The notes under the pieces are model-generated. The model ran no database searches and was not told where the DNA came from. It saw nothing but the letters and a program-made list of their open reading frames with translations. A DNA stretch of 64,000 nt from Myxococcota bacterium (GTDB lineage Bacteria; Myxococcota_A; Bradymonadia; UBA7976; UBA1532). Location: the NCBI GenBank assembly GCA_023150895.1, contig JAKLJY010000020.1, forward strand, positions 2,092-66,091, in the 5' to 3' direction. Positions 30,045 through 38,924 of the stretch are shown piece after piece. How positions within the stretch are numbered: position 1 is the stretch's first letter; each line of letters opens with the position of its first letter. The translations under genes and the position numbers were made by a program.

Positions 30045-31817
30045 TCAGGGCGCAAACGCAGCGGGCGCGAGGCCCACGGCGAGAGCGCCGATGAGCAACG
30101 TCAGGACGGCGCCGTAGCGGGGAAAGTCGCTGAATCGGTAGCCGCCCGGTCCGTAGACGAGCAGGCAGGCGGGCTCGAGCGGCGTCAGGTACGAACAGCT
30201 CGCTGCGACGGCAATGACCGCCGCAAAGGGACGCCCGGGGACCCCGAGCCGAACGGCGACCTCGAGCGCGATGGGAACGAGCAGGACGGCCGCCGCCTGA
30301 TTCGACATGATCTGGGTCAGCAGGACGGCGGTTGCGAAGAACGCCCCCGAAAGGGCGACGCTGCCGTAGGCGCCCAGCGCGTCGACCAGCACGCCGGCGA
30401 GGACCGCGGCGGCGCCCGATTTCTCGAGTGCCACGCCGAGCGCGAGCATGCTCCCGATCAGGATGACGGCCGACCACTCGATGTCTCGATAGACGTCGGA
30501 GGGTCGCAGCCGCCCGGCCGCGAAGACGAGGACGGCCGCTCCGAGGACGGTCACGGAGAGCGGCGCGATGCCCGAGGCCCCCAGCCCGAGCGCCAGCGCG
30601 AACAGGGCCACCGTGTAGCCGGCCCCCGAAGGTTGGCGGGTCAGATCTTCGAGGGCCTTGAGAACCCGGAGGTGGCCCGCCTCGACGAGCCCGGCGATGT
30701 CGGCGTGGGCACCCTGGAGGATCAGGATGTCGCCCACCTGGAGCGAAAGTCCGCTGAGCTTCTGCGTCGTCAAGGTGCCCTGCCGGCTCACGCCCAGAAC
30801 CTGCACCCCGTAACGCTGCCGGAAGCGGGCCTCCTTGAGAGTCGTGCCGACGAGCGGCGACCGAGGCAGGAGAATGGCCTCGACGATCCCGAGCGCCTCC
30901 GTCGGGAGCGTCGGATCGGCGAGCTCGTGGTCGGCGCGGATTTCGATTCCCGCCGTCCGCTTGACCTTCAACAGCTCCTCCGGGCGCGCCTCGACGAGCA
31001 GCACGTCGCCGGCATGCAAGACGAGATCGGCGCGGGGGGCGATGGGCGGTGCGCCGCGCCGCAGTACGCGCAGCACCTGGATGTCCAGCTGCTCACCGAG
31101 TCCGAGCTCTCCGAGCGAGCGTCCGACGAGATCCGAATCCGCCGGCAGCAGGATCTCGCTCAGGAACGCCCGAAGGTCCCCGGGGCCCGGAAGCAGATCA
31201 TCGGGCGCGGCCTGCAGAAACAGGCGACCGACGACGAGAAGGTACACGACCCCGACAGCGGCGATCGGCAAACCGAGGGGCGTCAGCTCGAACATCCCCA
31301 AGGGCGCTTCCCCGGCCTGCTCGAGCAACCCGCTGACGACCAGGTTCGTCGACGTCCCGATCAACAAGACCGACGATGAAACGATCGACGCGAAGGCCAG
31401 GGGCAGCAGCAGCGGGCGGACCGGCGTGCGGGCCCGGCGGGCCAGGCCCAGGACCACGGGGACGAGGAACGCCGTCGCCGCCGTATTGCTCATGAAAGTG
31501 CTCAGCGTGGCCGCCGTCAGGACCACCACGACCAGGATGCGGAAGGGCGACCGCCCCGTGAAGCGAAGCATCGCGCCGCCGAGCACTTCGACCACGCCCG
31601 TGCGAGTCATCGCGGCGGTCAGGATCAGCAAGCCCAGGATCAGCATCACCGTCTCGCTGCCGAAGCCCCGAAAGGCCTCCGCCGGCGTCAGAACGCCCGC
31701 GGCGACGAGCAGGACGACCAGCGCGAGTCCGACGACGTCCGGAGGCAACCGACCGCTGGCCAATGCCACGGCGGCGCCGACGGCGAGGCAGAACACGACA
31801 GTGACCTGAGGGTCCAT
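30045..31817 (-). CDS. SLC13/DASS-family anion transporter with two central TrkA-C regulatory domains
   Basis: ~12 TM helices flanking two TrkA_C-like segments (LDIQVLRVLRRGAP...GDVLLVEARPEEL; VQVLGVSRQG...GDILILQGAHADI); start at MDPQVTVV (ATG 31815-31817). Confidence 0.8.
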   Translation of the reverse strand: MDPQVTVVFCLAVGAAVALASGRLPPDVVGLALVVLLVAAGVLTPAEAFRGFGSETVMLILGLLILTAAMTRTGVVEVLGGAMLRFTGRSPFRILVVVVLTAATLSTFMSNTAATAFLVPVVLGLARRARTPVRPLLLPLAFASIVSSSVLLIGTSTNLVVSGLLEQAGEAPLGMFELTPLGLPIAAVGVVYLLVVGRLFLQAAPDDLLPGPGDLRAFLSEILLPADSDLVGRSLGELGLGEQLDIQVLRVLRRGAPPIAPRADLVLHAGDVLLVEARPEELLKVKRTAGIEIRADHELADPTLPTEALGIVEAILLPRSPLVGTTLKEARFRQRYGVQVLGVSRQGTLTTQKLSGLSLQVGDILILQGAHADIAGLVEAGHLRVLKALEDLTRQPSGAGYTVALFALALGLGASGIAPLSVTVLGAAVLVFAAGRLRPSDVYRDIEWSAVILIGSMLALGVALEKSGAAAVLAGVLVDALGAYGSVALSGAFFATAVLLTQIMSNQAAAVLLVPIALEVAVRLGVPGRPFAAVIAVAASCSYLTPLEPACLLVYGPGGYRFSDFPRYGAVLTLLIGALAVGLAPAAFAP

Positions 31818-31836
31818 CGGATGCCCCCTTTTCGGT

Positions 31837-33657
31837 TCAGTCCCAGCCTTCTCCGTGGCGGTCACGGGCGTCGCGTTCCCGCTCGAACATGGCCGTCAGA
31901 TCATCGCGAACCTGGCGCGCCCGGGCGACGAGCGCCCCTTGATCCTGCCGCATGCCGTGGAGTTCACGCAGCATGTCGACGTTGTGGTCCCGGAAACGAT
32001 TGCCGGCGCGCCAGGCGCCGTGCGCCGTGAACCCCAGGCCACGCAGCACCTCGACCCCGAGCGAGAGCGACGACTCGAACGTCTCGCGTTCGAACGCCGC
32101 TACGGCCGGCCGATCGAGTAGTTGGTACGCGTGCTGAACGTTTCGGGCGCGGGCGTAGATCTTCAGATGCGGGAAGTGGTGATGCGCCTCGTCGATCAGC
32201 CGCAGGCCCGCCTCGACGTCGTCGATGGCCACGACGAGGATGCGGGCGTCGCTTGCCCCCGCCGCGTGGAGGAGGTCCACCCGCGTGGCGTCTCCGAAGT
32301 AGACCTTGAAGCCGAAGCGCCGGAGGAGTTCGATCTGATCCGGCTCGTGGTCCAGAACGGTCGCGGTGATGCCGTTGGCGTAGAGCAAGCGCCCGACGAT
32401 CTGCCCGAAGCGACCGAACCCAGCGATGAGCACGGCGGGCCGTTCGTTCTCGATGACGTCCGGGGCGACCGGCCCTCCGGCCTGGCGCCGCGCGAGGCGC
32501 GGCTCCACCACCCGCGTGAAGAAAGTCAGCGAGAGCGGCGAGAGCAGCATCGAGAGGGCCGCCGCAGCCACCAGGGGCGCGGTGTGCGCGGGGCTCAGGA
32601 CGCCGAGCGCCGTCGCCGTCGAGAAGAGCACGAACGCGAACTCCCCGACCTGCCCAATCACCAGCGCGAAGAACGGCCGCTGGCCGGACGGCAAACCGAA
32701 GAGCCGCGCGACGACCGCGTGCACACCGAGCTTCGCCACGGTCACACCCGCGACGAGGCCGAGCACCGGCAGCGGCTCTGCGCGCACGGCGCCGACGTCG
32801 ATCGACATGCCGACGGACATGAAGAAGAGTCCCAGAAGCAGCCCCTTGAAGGGCTCGATGTCGGTTTCGAGGGCATGGCGGTACTCGCTGTCGGCGAGCA
32901 GGACACCGGCCATGAACGCCCCGAGCCCCATCGACAGCTCGAGCCACTGCATCAGGCCCGCCATGGCCACCACGAGCAGGAGGGCCAGCGCCGTGAAGAC
33001 CTCGCGCAGATGGGCCGCGGCGACGGCCCGCAGGAGCGGTCGCAGCAGAACGCGCCCGAGGACGACCACGCCCGCCAGCACCGCCACCGTCAGCAGGGCC
33101 CCCTGCCAGGCCGGTGTCGAGCCGGCCCCGGACGCGCTCCCGCCCGGGGCCAGCATCGGCAGCACGGTCAGCATCGGGATGACGGCGATGTCCTGAAAGA
33201 GCAGGATGGAGAACGCCGCGTTCCCGCCCCGGGTGTCGAGCCAGTCCCGCTCCTTCATGACCTGCAACGCGATGGCCGTCGACGACAGGGCCAACCCGAG
33301 TCCGGCCACCAGCGCCGGCGCGGGCGGGACCCCGAGCGCCATGCCGACCGCCGCCATGACCCCCGCGCCGCCGACGACCTGGGCCGTGCCCATGCCGAAG
33401 GTCGGGACGCGCAGGCTCCAGAGGCGTTTGGGCTCGAGTTCGAGGCCGACGAGAAAGAGGAACAGCACCACACCGAACTCGGAGAAGTGCATCACATGCT
33501 CGACCTCGTGAATGAAACCCGCGCCCCAGGGCCCGATCACGAGCCCGCCGACGAGGTATCCGAGCACGGAGCCGAGGCCGAGCCGCAAGAACAGCGGTAC
33601 GAAGACCACCGCCGCGGCCAGGAAGACCAGCGCGTCCCTCAGGAGGCCGTGTTCCAT
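31837..33657 (-). CDS. kefC: Glutathione-regulated K+-efflux system protein (CPA2 antiporter with TrkA-N/KTN domain)
   Basis: Na_H exchanger membrane domain followed by AVLIAGFGRFGQIVGRLL (Rossmann KTN domain) and a C-terminal regulatory region. Confidence 0.85.
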   Translation of the reverse strand: MEHGLLRDALVFLAAAVVFVPLFLRLGLGSVLGYLVGGLVIGPWGAGFIHEVEHVMHFSEFGVVLFLFLVGLELEPKRLWSLRVPTFGMGTAQVVGGAGVMAAVGMALGVPPAPALVAGLGLALSSTAIALQVMKERDWLDTRGGNAAFSILLFQDIAVIPMLTVLPMLAPGGSASGAGSTPAWQGALLTVAVLAGVVVLGRVLLRPLLRAVAAAHLREVFTALALLLVVAMAGLMQWLELSMGLGAFMAGVLLADSEYRHALETDIEPFKGLLLGLFFMSVGMSIDVGAVRAEPLPVLGLVAGVTVAKLGVHAVVARLFGLPSGQRPFFALVIGQVGEFAFVLFSTATALGVLSPAHTAPLVAAAALSMLLSPLSLTFFTRVVEPRLARRQAGGPVAPDVIENERPAVLIAGFGRFGQIVGRLLYANGITATVLDHEPDQIELLRRFGFKVYFGDATRVDLLHAAGASDARILVVAIDDVEAGLRLIDEAHHHFPHLKIYARARNVQHAYQLLDRPAVAAFERETFESSLSLGVEVLRGLGFTAHGAWRAGNRFRDHNVDMLRELHGMRQDQGALVARARQVRDDLTAMFERERDARDRHGEGWD

Positions 33658-33661
33658 GGTG

Positions 33662-34234
33662 TCAGCCCCCCACCGCTTCGCCGCGATACAGCGGGTTGGT
33701 CAGGTTGAGGAGACGATCCCGCACGCGCTCGGCGTGCGCCTCGATCTCGGCGTCCGTCGCCTTGCCGGCGCCGTGCAGGACCATGGGCTCGAGGTAGGTC
33801 ATCTTGCACAGGCGGGCCGTCTGGACGGCCGGCAGCAGGAAATCCTCGAGCGGACGGCCGTGATACCCCTCTGCCGAATAGGCGTCGGGACCCCCTCCGG
33901 TGGTCAACGAGAGTTGCAGGCGTTTGCCTGCCAGGGCCGTGCCGCCGGGTCCGTAGGCGAAACCGAGCGCGAAGACCTCGTCGACCCAGAGCTTCAGCAG
34001 GGGCGGCATCGAATACCAGTAGATCGGGTGCTGCAGGCAGATGACCTCGTGCGCGGCCAACGCCGCCTGCTCGCGCGACACGTCGAGGTGGAACCTCGGG
34101 TAGGCCTCGTAAAGGTCGACGGTGGTGACGCTCGGCAGGTCCCGAACCCGCGCGAGCACCTGAGCGTTGGCGCGGGACCGCGTGCGGTGCGGGTGCGCGA
34201 ATACGAAATAGACCCGGGCCGTGCCGGCGTTCAT
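33662..34234 (-). CDS. KefF/KefG-type flavodoxin-like NAD(P)H quinone oxidoreductase (K+-efflux ancillary subunit)
   Basis: MNAGTARVYFVFAHPHRTRSRANAQVL...; ends 4 nt upstream of the kefC start; the gene order mirrors the E. coli ancillary-subunit/Kef-antiporter pairs. Confidence 0.75.
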   Translation of the reverse strand: MNAGTARVYFVFAHPHRTRSRANAQVLARVRDLPSVTTVDLYEAYPRFHLDVSREQAALAAHEVICLQHPIYWYSMPPLLKLWVDEVFALGFAYGPGGTALAGKRLQLSLTTGGGPDAYSAEGYHGRPLEDFLLPAVQTARLCKMTYLEPMVLHGAGKATDAEIEAHAERVRDRLLNLTNPLYRGEAVGG

Positions 34235-34352
34235 GTCGTCCAATCCCCCTTCTCGTCGGCCCCGCAAGGCCGGAATGACTCCGATTTCCGGAATCGTCCG
34301 GGCGTCGCACGAATTCGTTCAAGTCCCCGCCCGGACGGTCGATTGGACGAAC

Positions 34353-34550
34353 ATGACCGGTGCCATCTCATCGAACTCCGCCATCGCGTACGCCCAGCAG
34401 GCCCCGCCCCTGATGAAGGGTCAGGCCGTGGCAGACGCCGTCTCGCTGACCGTCTTCAAGATGGCCGTCGACCAGCAAGGCAAGGCCGCGCTCGCCCTGC
34501 TGCAGTCTGCCGTCACCGGCAAGGGTGCCCAGGTGAACGTCACGGCCTGA
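34353..34550 (+). CDS. YjfB-like 'putative motility protein' family small protein (65 aa)
   Basis: MTGAISSNSAIAYAQQAPPLMKGQAVADAVSLTVFKMAVDQQGKAALALLQSAV resembles PF14070; 3' end overlaps the TetR gene convergently. Confidence 0.45.
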   Translation: MTGAISSNSAIAYAQQAPPLMKGQAVADAVSLTVFKMAVDQQGKAALALLQSAVTGKGAQVNVTA

Positions 34551-35178
34551 CGGGCCGACCGACGATCAGGTACATCCCCTCGAGGAGACGCAGAACCGCC
34601 TCTTCGAGCGCCGGGCTCTCGTACGCGGCGCCGGCCTCCGCCCGAGACGCGTCGAGCAGGAGTTCCTTCAGGCCACCGATGGTGAAGGCCGCAAAGATGC
34701 GAACGTCGCCGCGGGCGACGATGCCGAGCGCCTGCCCTTCGAGCAGCGAGGCCTCGAGCAACCGCTTGACTCCGTCGTAGAACGCTCGCAGGTGGCTTTC
34801 GAAGGCGGGGTCGAGACCCGGCGCATACGAGAGCAACAGGCGCACGACGAGCGGATCGTCGCGCAACACGCCGATCACGCCCCGGATGTTCCGCCGGACC
34901 TGGTCCTCGATGTCCGCGTCGACGTCGACCCGCACGATGGCCGCCGTCAACTGAGCGACCACCTGGTCGACGAGTTCGGCGAAGACCGACCGTTTGTCCT
35001 CGAAGTACAGGTAGAAGGTGCCCTTGGCCACGTTGGCGGCGGCGACGATGTCGTCGACCTTGGCGTCGTGGTAGCCGCGCACCGTGAAGACCTCGCGGGC
35101 CGCAGCGAGGAGTGCGGCGCGACGAGCGACCTTGGGGTCGCGCTCACGGGGCAGGGCTTGGGTCGGGGTCGCAGACAC
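34540..35178 (-). CDS. TetR-family transcriptional regulator
   Basis: N-terminal HTH LLAAAREVFTVRGYHDAKVDDIVAAANVAKGTFYLYFEDKRSVF; divergent from the activase operon. Confidence 0.85.
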   Translation of the reverse strand: MSATPTQALPRERDPKVARRAALLAAAREVFTVRGYHDAKVDDIVAAANVAKGTFYLYFEDKRSVFAELVDQVVAQLTAAIVRVDVDADIEDQVRRNIRGVIGVLRDDPLVVRLLLSYAPGLDPAFESHLRAFYDGVKRLLEASLLEGQALGIVARGDVRIFAAFTIGGLKELLLDASRAEAGAAYESPALEEAVLRLLEGMYLIVGRPVRP

Positions 35179-35195
35179 GCGCGCACTCTAAGCGG

Positions 35196-35224
35196 TTGCA
35201 GTCGTCGCCAAAAGCGCGTATTCG
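35196..35224 (+). promoter_or_regulatory. Sigma70-like promoter for the activase operon
   Basis: TTGCAG (35196-35201), 17-nt spacer, TATTCG (35219-35224); GGAG RBS at ~35258 before ATG 35267. Confidence 0.4.
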
Positions 35225-35225
35225 C

Positions 35226-35241
35226 GACTGACTCGTCAGTC
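35226..35241. promoter_or_regulatory. Candidate TetR operator (perfect inverted repeat) overlapping the promoter's transcription start region
   Basis: GACTGAC-tc-GTCAGTC, 7-bp perfect arms, immediately downstream of the -10 element, between the divergent TetR and activase genes. Confidence 0.45.
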
Positions 35242-35266
35242 AGTCAAGAAAACGCCCGGAGTCGAC

Positions 35267-38200
35267 ATGGCCCCCAGCGCTCGGACCGCCCCCCTGCTCG
35301 TCGGTGTCGACGTCGGCTCTACGACCGTCAAGGTCGTCGCGCTCGATCCGGACGACCTCAGCGTCCTCTACAGCGACTACCAGCGGCACCAGACCAAGCA
35401 GCCCGAGAAGGTCCTGGAACTCCTCGAGGCCGTCGAGGGGCTGTTCCCGGCCTCGGATCGCAGCGCGTGGCGCGTCTTCATGACGGGCTCCGGCGCGCTG
35501 CCGCTCTGCCCGGGGGTCGGCGCGAAGTTCGTGCAGGAGGTCAACGCCGTCACGCTGGCGGTCGAGCACCTGCACCCCGACGTCGGCTCGGTGATCGAGC
35601 TCGGCGGGCAGGACGCCAAGATCATCATGTTCCAGCAGGGGCCCGACGGTCGAAAGACCGCCGCCCCTTCGATGAACGACAAGTGCGCCTCCGGCACCGG
35701 CGCAACCATCGACAAGTGCATGATCAAGGTCGGGCTCCCGGCCGAAGAGGTGCGCAAGATCGTCTTCGACGACTCGAAGCTGCACCACGTCGCGGCCAAG
35801 TGTGGTGTTTTTGCCGAGACCGACATCGTCAATCTGGTGAAGAGCGGGGTCCCTGCGCCGGAAATTCTCTGCTCCCTGGCCGACGCGATCGTGCTGCAGA
35901 ACCTGTCGGTCCTGACGCGCGGCTCGACGCTGAGGCCGCGGGTCGTCCTGCTCGGGGGACCCAATACGTTTCTGCCCTTTCTGCAGGCCTGCTGGCGCCT
36001 GCGGATTCCGCAGATCTGGGAGGAACGCGGATACGCCTGGCCAAAGGATCGTCCGATCGAGGAAACGGTCTTCGTGCCCGAGAACGCGCAGTACTACGCG
36101 GCGTTCGGCGCGTGCGTCTTCGGGCGCTGCGAATCGGCGGAGGCCGGGCGCTACCTCGGCCTCGACGGTCTGCGCGAGTACATGCTGAACGGTCGCAAAG
36201 CGCGCCTCGGCGCCAGCGCGGGTCCCCCCCTCGTCCGCGCGGCCGAGGAGGTCGAGGCCTTCCGCAGTGCATATGCCATCCCCAGGTTCGCCCGTCCCGT
36301 GCTGCGACCGGGGCAGGTCGTGCGCGCGGTCGTCGGTCTCGACGGGGGGTCCACCTCGTCGAAGGCCGTGCTCGTCGACGAAGACGGCGAGATCGTCGCC
36401 AAGGCCTACCAGCTCTCCAAGGGCAACCCCATTCAGGATGCCAAGGAGCTCCTCGGGAACCTCCGCGCGCAGGTCATCGAACAGGGCGCCACGCTCGAGA
36501 TCATCGGTTTCGGAGCGACGGGCTACGCCGCCGACGTGCTTCAGGAGACGATGCTCGCCGACGTGAACGTCGTCGAGACCGTGGCGCACATGATGTCCGC
36601 CGTCCGCTATTTCGGTGACGTGGACGTCATCTGTGACATCGGTGGGCAGGACATCAAGGTCCTGTTCATGAAGAACGGCGACATCGCCAACTTCCGTCTC
36701 TCGAACTCGTGTTCGGCGGGCAACGGGATGCTCCTGCAGGCGATGGCGGACCAGTTCGGGCTCCCGGTGACCGCTTACGCGGAGACGGCGTTCCAGGCCG
36801 AACTCGCCCCCAAATTCAGCTATGGCTGCGCGGTCTTCCTGGATACGGACCGGGTCAATTTCCAGAAGGAAGGCTTCTCCAAGGAGGAGCTCCTGGCCGG
36901 ACTCGCGCAAGTGCTGCCCAAGAACGTCTGGCAGTACGTCGTCCAGATTCCGCGCATGGCGTCACTGGGCAAACGTTTCGTATTGCAGGGCGGTACCCAG
37001 TACAACCTGGCCGCCGTCAAGGCTCAGGTGGACTACATCCTGGAGCGTGTGCCCGGTGCCGAGGTCTTCGTGCACCCGCATACGGGTGAAGCCGGCGCGC
37101 TCGGGGCCGCCTTCGAGACGCTGCGGGTCGTGAAACGTCGTGGAAGCTCGACGTTCATCGGGCTCGAAGCCGCCATCGAGCTCGCGTACACGTCGCGGAC
37201 GGACGACACGACGACCTGCCACTTCTGCCCCAACGAGTGCAAGCGAACGTTCATCGACGCACAGCGCCCGGACGGCAGTTCTTCCCGGTACATCGCCGGG
37301 TTCTCTTGTGAGAAGGGCACGGTCGAGAGTCACGAGGCGATGCTCGAGCTCGTCGCCGAGCGCAAGAAGATCGCGAAGGCCTTCCCGAACCTCGTCGAGT
37401 ACGAGGCGAGGCGCGCTTTTCAGCACATCTTCGAGCCCGCCGCGTTGCCCGACGCGGGAACGGTCATCGAGGCCGCGAGCGTTCGCAAGGGGTTCTTCGG
37501 TCTCAAACGCACGGTCGTCCACCGCGGCTTCCAGCGCAGCGGCGCGGACGTCGCCGACCGATTGCGCCGGGTGCGCATCGGGATGCCCCGCGTGCTGAAC
37601 ATGTACTCGACGGCACCGTACTTCCGGACCTACTTCGAGGCGCTCGGGGTGCCGAAGCAGAACATCGTCTTCAGCGACCAGACCTCCGAGGAAATGTGGG
37701 TGGAGGGCGGCAAGTACGGCTCCATCGACCCGTGTTTCCCATCCAAGGTCTCGCAGGCCCACATCCACAACCTGCTGTTTCATCAGCACCAGCCCGACAA
37801 GGGCCGGCCGCTCCACTACATCTTCTTCCCCGTGATGACCCACGTGCCGAGCTTCCTGAACGGCACGATGGACAAGCAGAGCTGTCCGGTCGTGGCGGGC
37901 TGCCCCGTGGTGATGCGTGCCGCATTCACCAAGGAGATCGACTTCTTCGCACAACGCGGGATCGAGTACCTCGATACCCCCCTCACCTTCGGCGAGCCCA
38001 ACCTGACCGCCCGGCGAATGTTCGAGACCTGGGGCGCCCGCCTGGGCATCACCGAGGACGAGAGCGACCACGCCCACGCGCAAGGCCTCGAAGCCCTGGC
38101 GTTTTTCGAACAGGATCTGCAGGAGAAGGGACGGGCCATCCTGGAGACGGTCGAGGCGGAGAACCGCATCGCCATCCTGGTGGCGAGCCGCCCGTACCAC

Positions 38201-38896
38201 AGCGATCCCGGCCTCAATCACGGCATCCCCGAGGAGTTCCAGGTCCTCGGCTACCCGATCCTGAGCGTGCGTTCACTGCCCCGCGACCCGGAGTATCTCG
38301 CGCGCTATTTCCGGGAGGACCTGGCCGCCGGTCGCGATCCCCTCAACATCAACGACGTCTGGCCGGAGAACTACTCCGCCAACAGCGCGCAGAAGATCTG
38401 GGCCATCAAGTACGCGGCCCGGCATCCCCACATCGCACTGCTCGACCTCTCGAGCTTCAAGTGCGGTCACGACTCGCCGACCTACGGGCTCGTCGAGAAC
38501 ATCGTCAGCGCGGCAGCAACGCCCTACGCCGCATTGCACGACATCGACGCGAACAAGCCGGGCGGGTCGATCAAGATCCGCGTCAAGACATACGCGCACA
38601 GCCTGAAGCTGGCGACCGAGGCGCTCGAGGACGCGGCGACGAAGCGGGCCGAGCTGACCCGCAATGTCGACGCCAAGCGCCTCGAGCTGCTCGAGCGCAA
38701 GCGGGCGCTGCTCGCGGGGCGTCGGGTGTTCGACCCGGCGCTCGATGCCGAGATCGAAGCGCTCGGCGCGCGTGTCGCTTCCTACCGCACGGCGGCGGCG
38801 GACGCCCGCCCGTCGACCGCCCCGGCCGTCGAGCCGGGCCTCGTGAGCCTGACGGAACGCCTCGATGATGGCCGGCGCGTGCCGGTGCAGCTCTGA
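35267..38896 (+). CDS. Fused tandem BadF/BadG/BcrA/BcrD-type ATPase ('CoA-substrate-specific enzyme activase' x2) with a C-terminal DUF2229 domain
   Basis: Two acetate/sugar-kinase-fold ATPase N-termini (LLVGVDVGSTTVKVVALD and AVVGLDGGSTSSKAVLVDEDGEIVAKA), each with a Cys for the bridging [4Fe-4S]; C-terminal ~550 aa Cys-containing DUF2229-like region; 1209 aa. Confidence 0.85.
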   Translation: MAPSARTAPLLVGVDVGSTTVKVVALDPDDLSVLYSDYQRHQTKQPEKVLELLEAVEGLFPASDRSAWRVFMTGSGALPLCPGVGAKFVQEVNAVTLAVEHLHPDVGSVIELGGQDAKIIMFQQGPDGRKTAAPSMNDKCASGTGATIDKCMIKVGLPAEEVRKIVFDDSKLHHVAAKCGVFAETDIVNLVKSGVPAPEILCSLADAIVLQNLSVLTRGSTLRPRVVLLGGPNTFLPFLQACWRLRIPQIWEERGYAWPKDRPIEETVFVPENAQYYAAFGACVFGRCESAEAGRYLGLDGLREYMLNGRKARLGASAGPPLVRAAEEVEAFRSAYAIPRFARPVLRPGQVVRAVVGLDGGSTSSKAVLVDEDGEIVAKAYQLSKGNPIQDAKELLGNLRAQVIEQGATLEIIGFGATGYAADVLQETMLADVNVVETVAHMMSAVRYFGDVDVICDIGGQDIKVLFMKNGDIANFRLSNSCSAGNGMLLQAMADQFGLPVTAYAETAFQAELAPKFSYGCAVFLDTDRVNFQKEGFSKEELLAGLAQVLPKNVWQYVVQIPRMASLGKRFVLQGGTQYNLAAVKAQVDYILERVPGAEVFVHPHTGEAGALGAAFETLRVVKRRGSSTFIGLEAAIELAYTSRTDDTTTCHFCPNECKRTFIDAQRPDGSSSRYIAGFSCEKGTVESHEAMLELVAERKKIAKAFPNLVEYEARRAFQHIFEPAALPDAGTVIEAASVRKGFFGLKRTVVHRGFQRSGADVADRLRRVRIGMPRVLNMYSTAPYFRTYFEALGVPKQNIVFSDQTSEEMWVEGGKYGSIDPCFPSKVSQAHIHNLLFHQHQPDKGRPLHYIFFPVMTHVPSFLNGTMDKQSCPVVAGCPVVMRAAFTKEIDFFAQRGIEYLDTPLTFGEPNLTARRMFETWGARLGITEDESDHAHAQGLEALAFFEQDLQEKGRAILETVEAENRIAILVASRPYHSDPGLNHGIPEEFQVLGYPILSVRSLPRDPEYLARYFREDLAAGRDPLNINDVWPENYSANSAQKIWAIKYAARHPHIALLDLSSFKCGHDSPTYGLVENIVSAAATPYAALHDIDANKPGGSIKIRVKTYAHSLKLATEALEDAATKRAELTRNVDAKRLELLERKRALLAGRRVFDPALDAEIEALGARVASYRTAAADARPSTAPAVEPGLVSLTERLDDGRRVPVQL

Positions 38897-38924
38897 ACGA
38901 CCCCACCCTGACGGAGATCCCGAC

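Noticed and set aside
35240-36910. 556-aa minus-strand ORF antisense to the activase gene
   Set aside because: Shadow ORF; the plus strand encodes well-conserved ATPase motifs.
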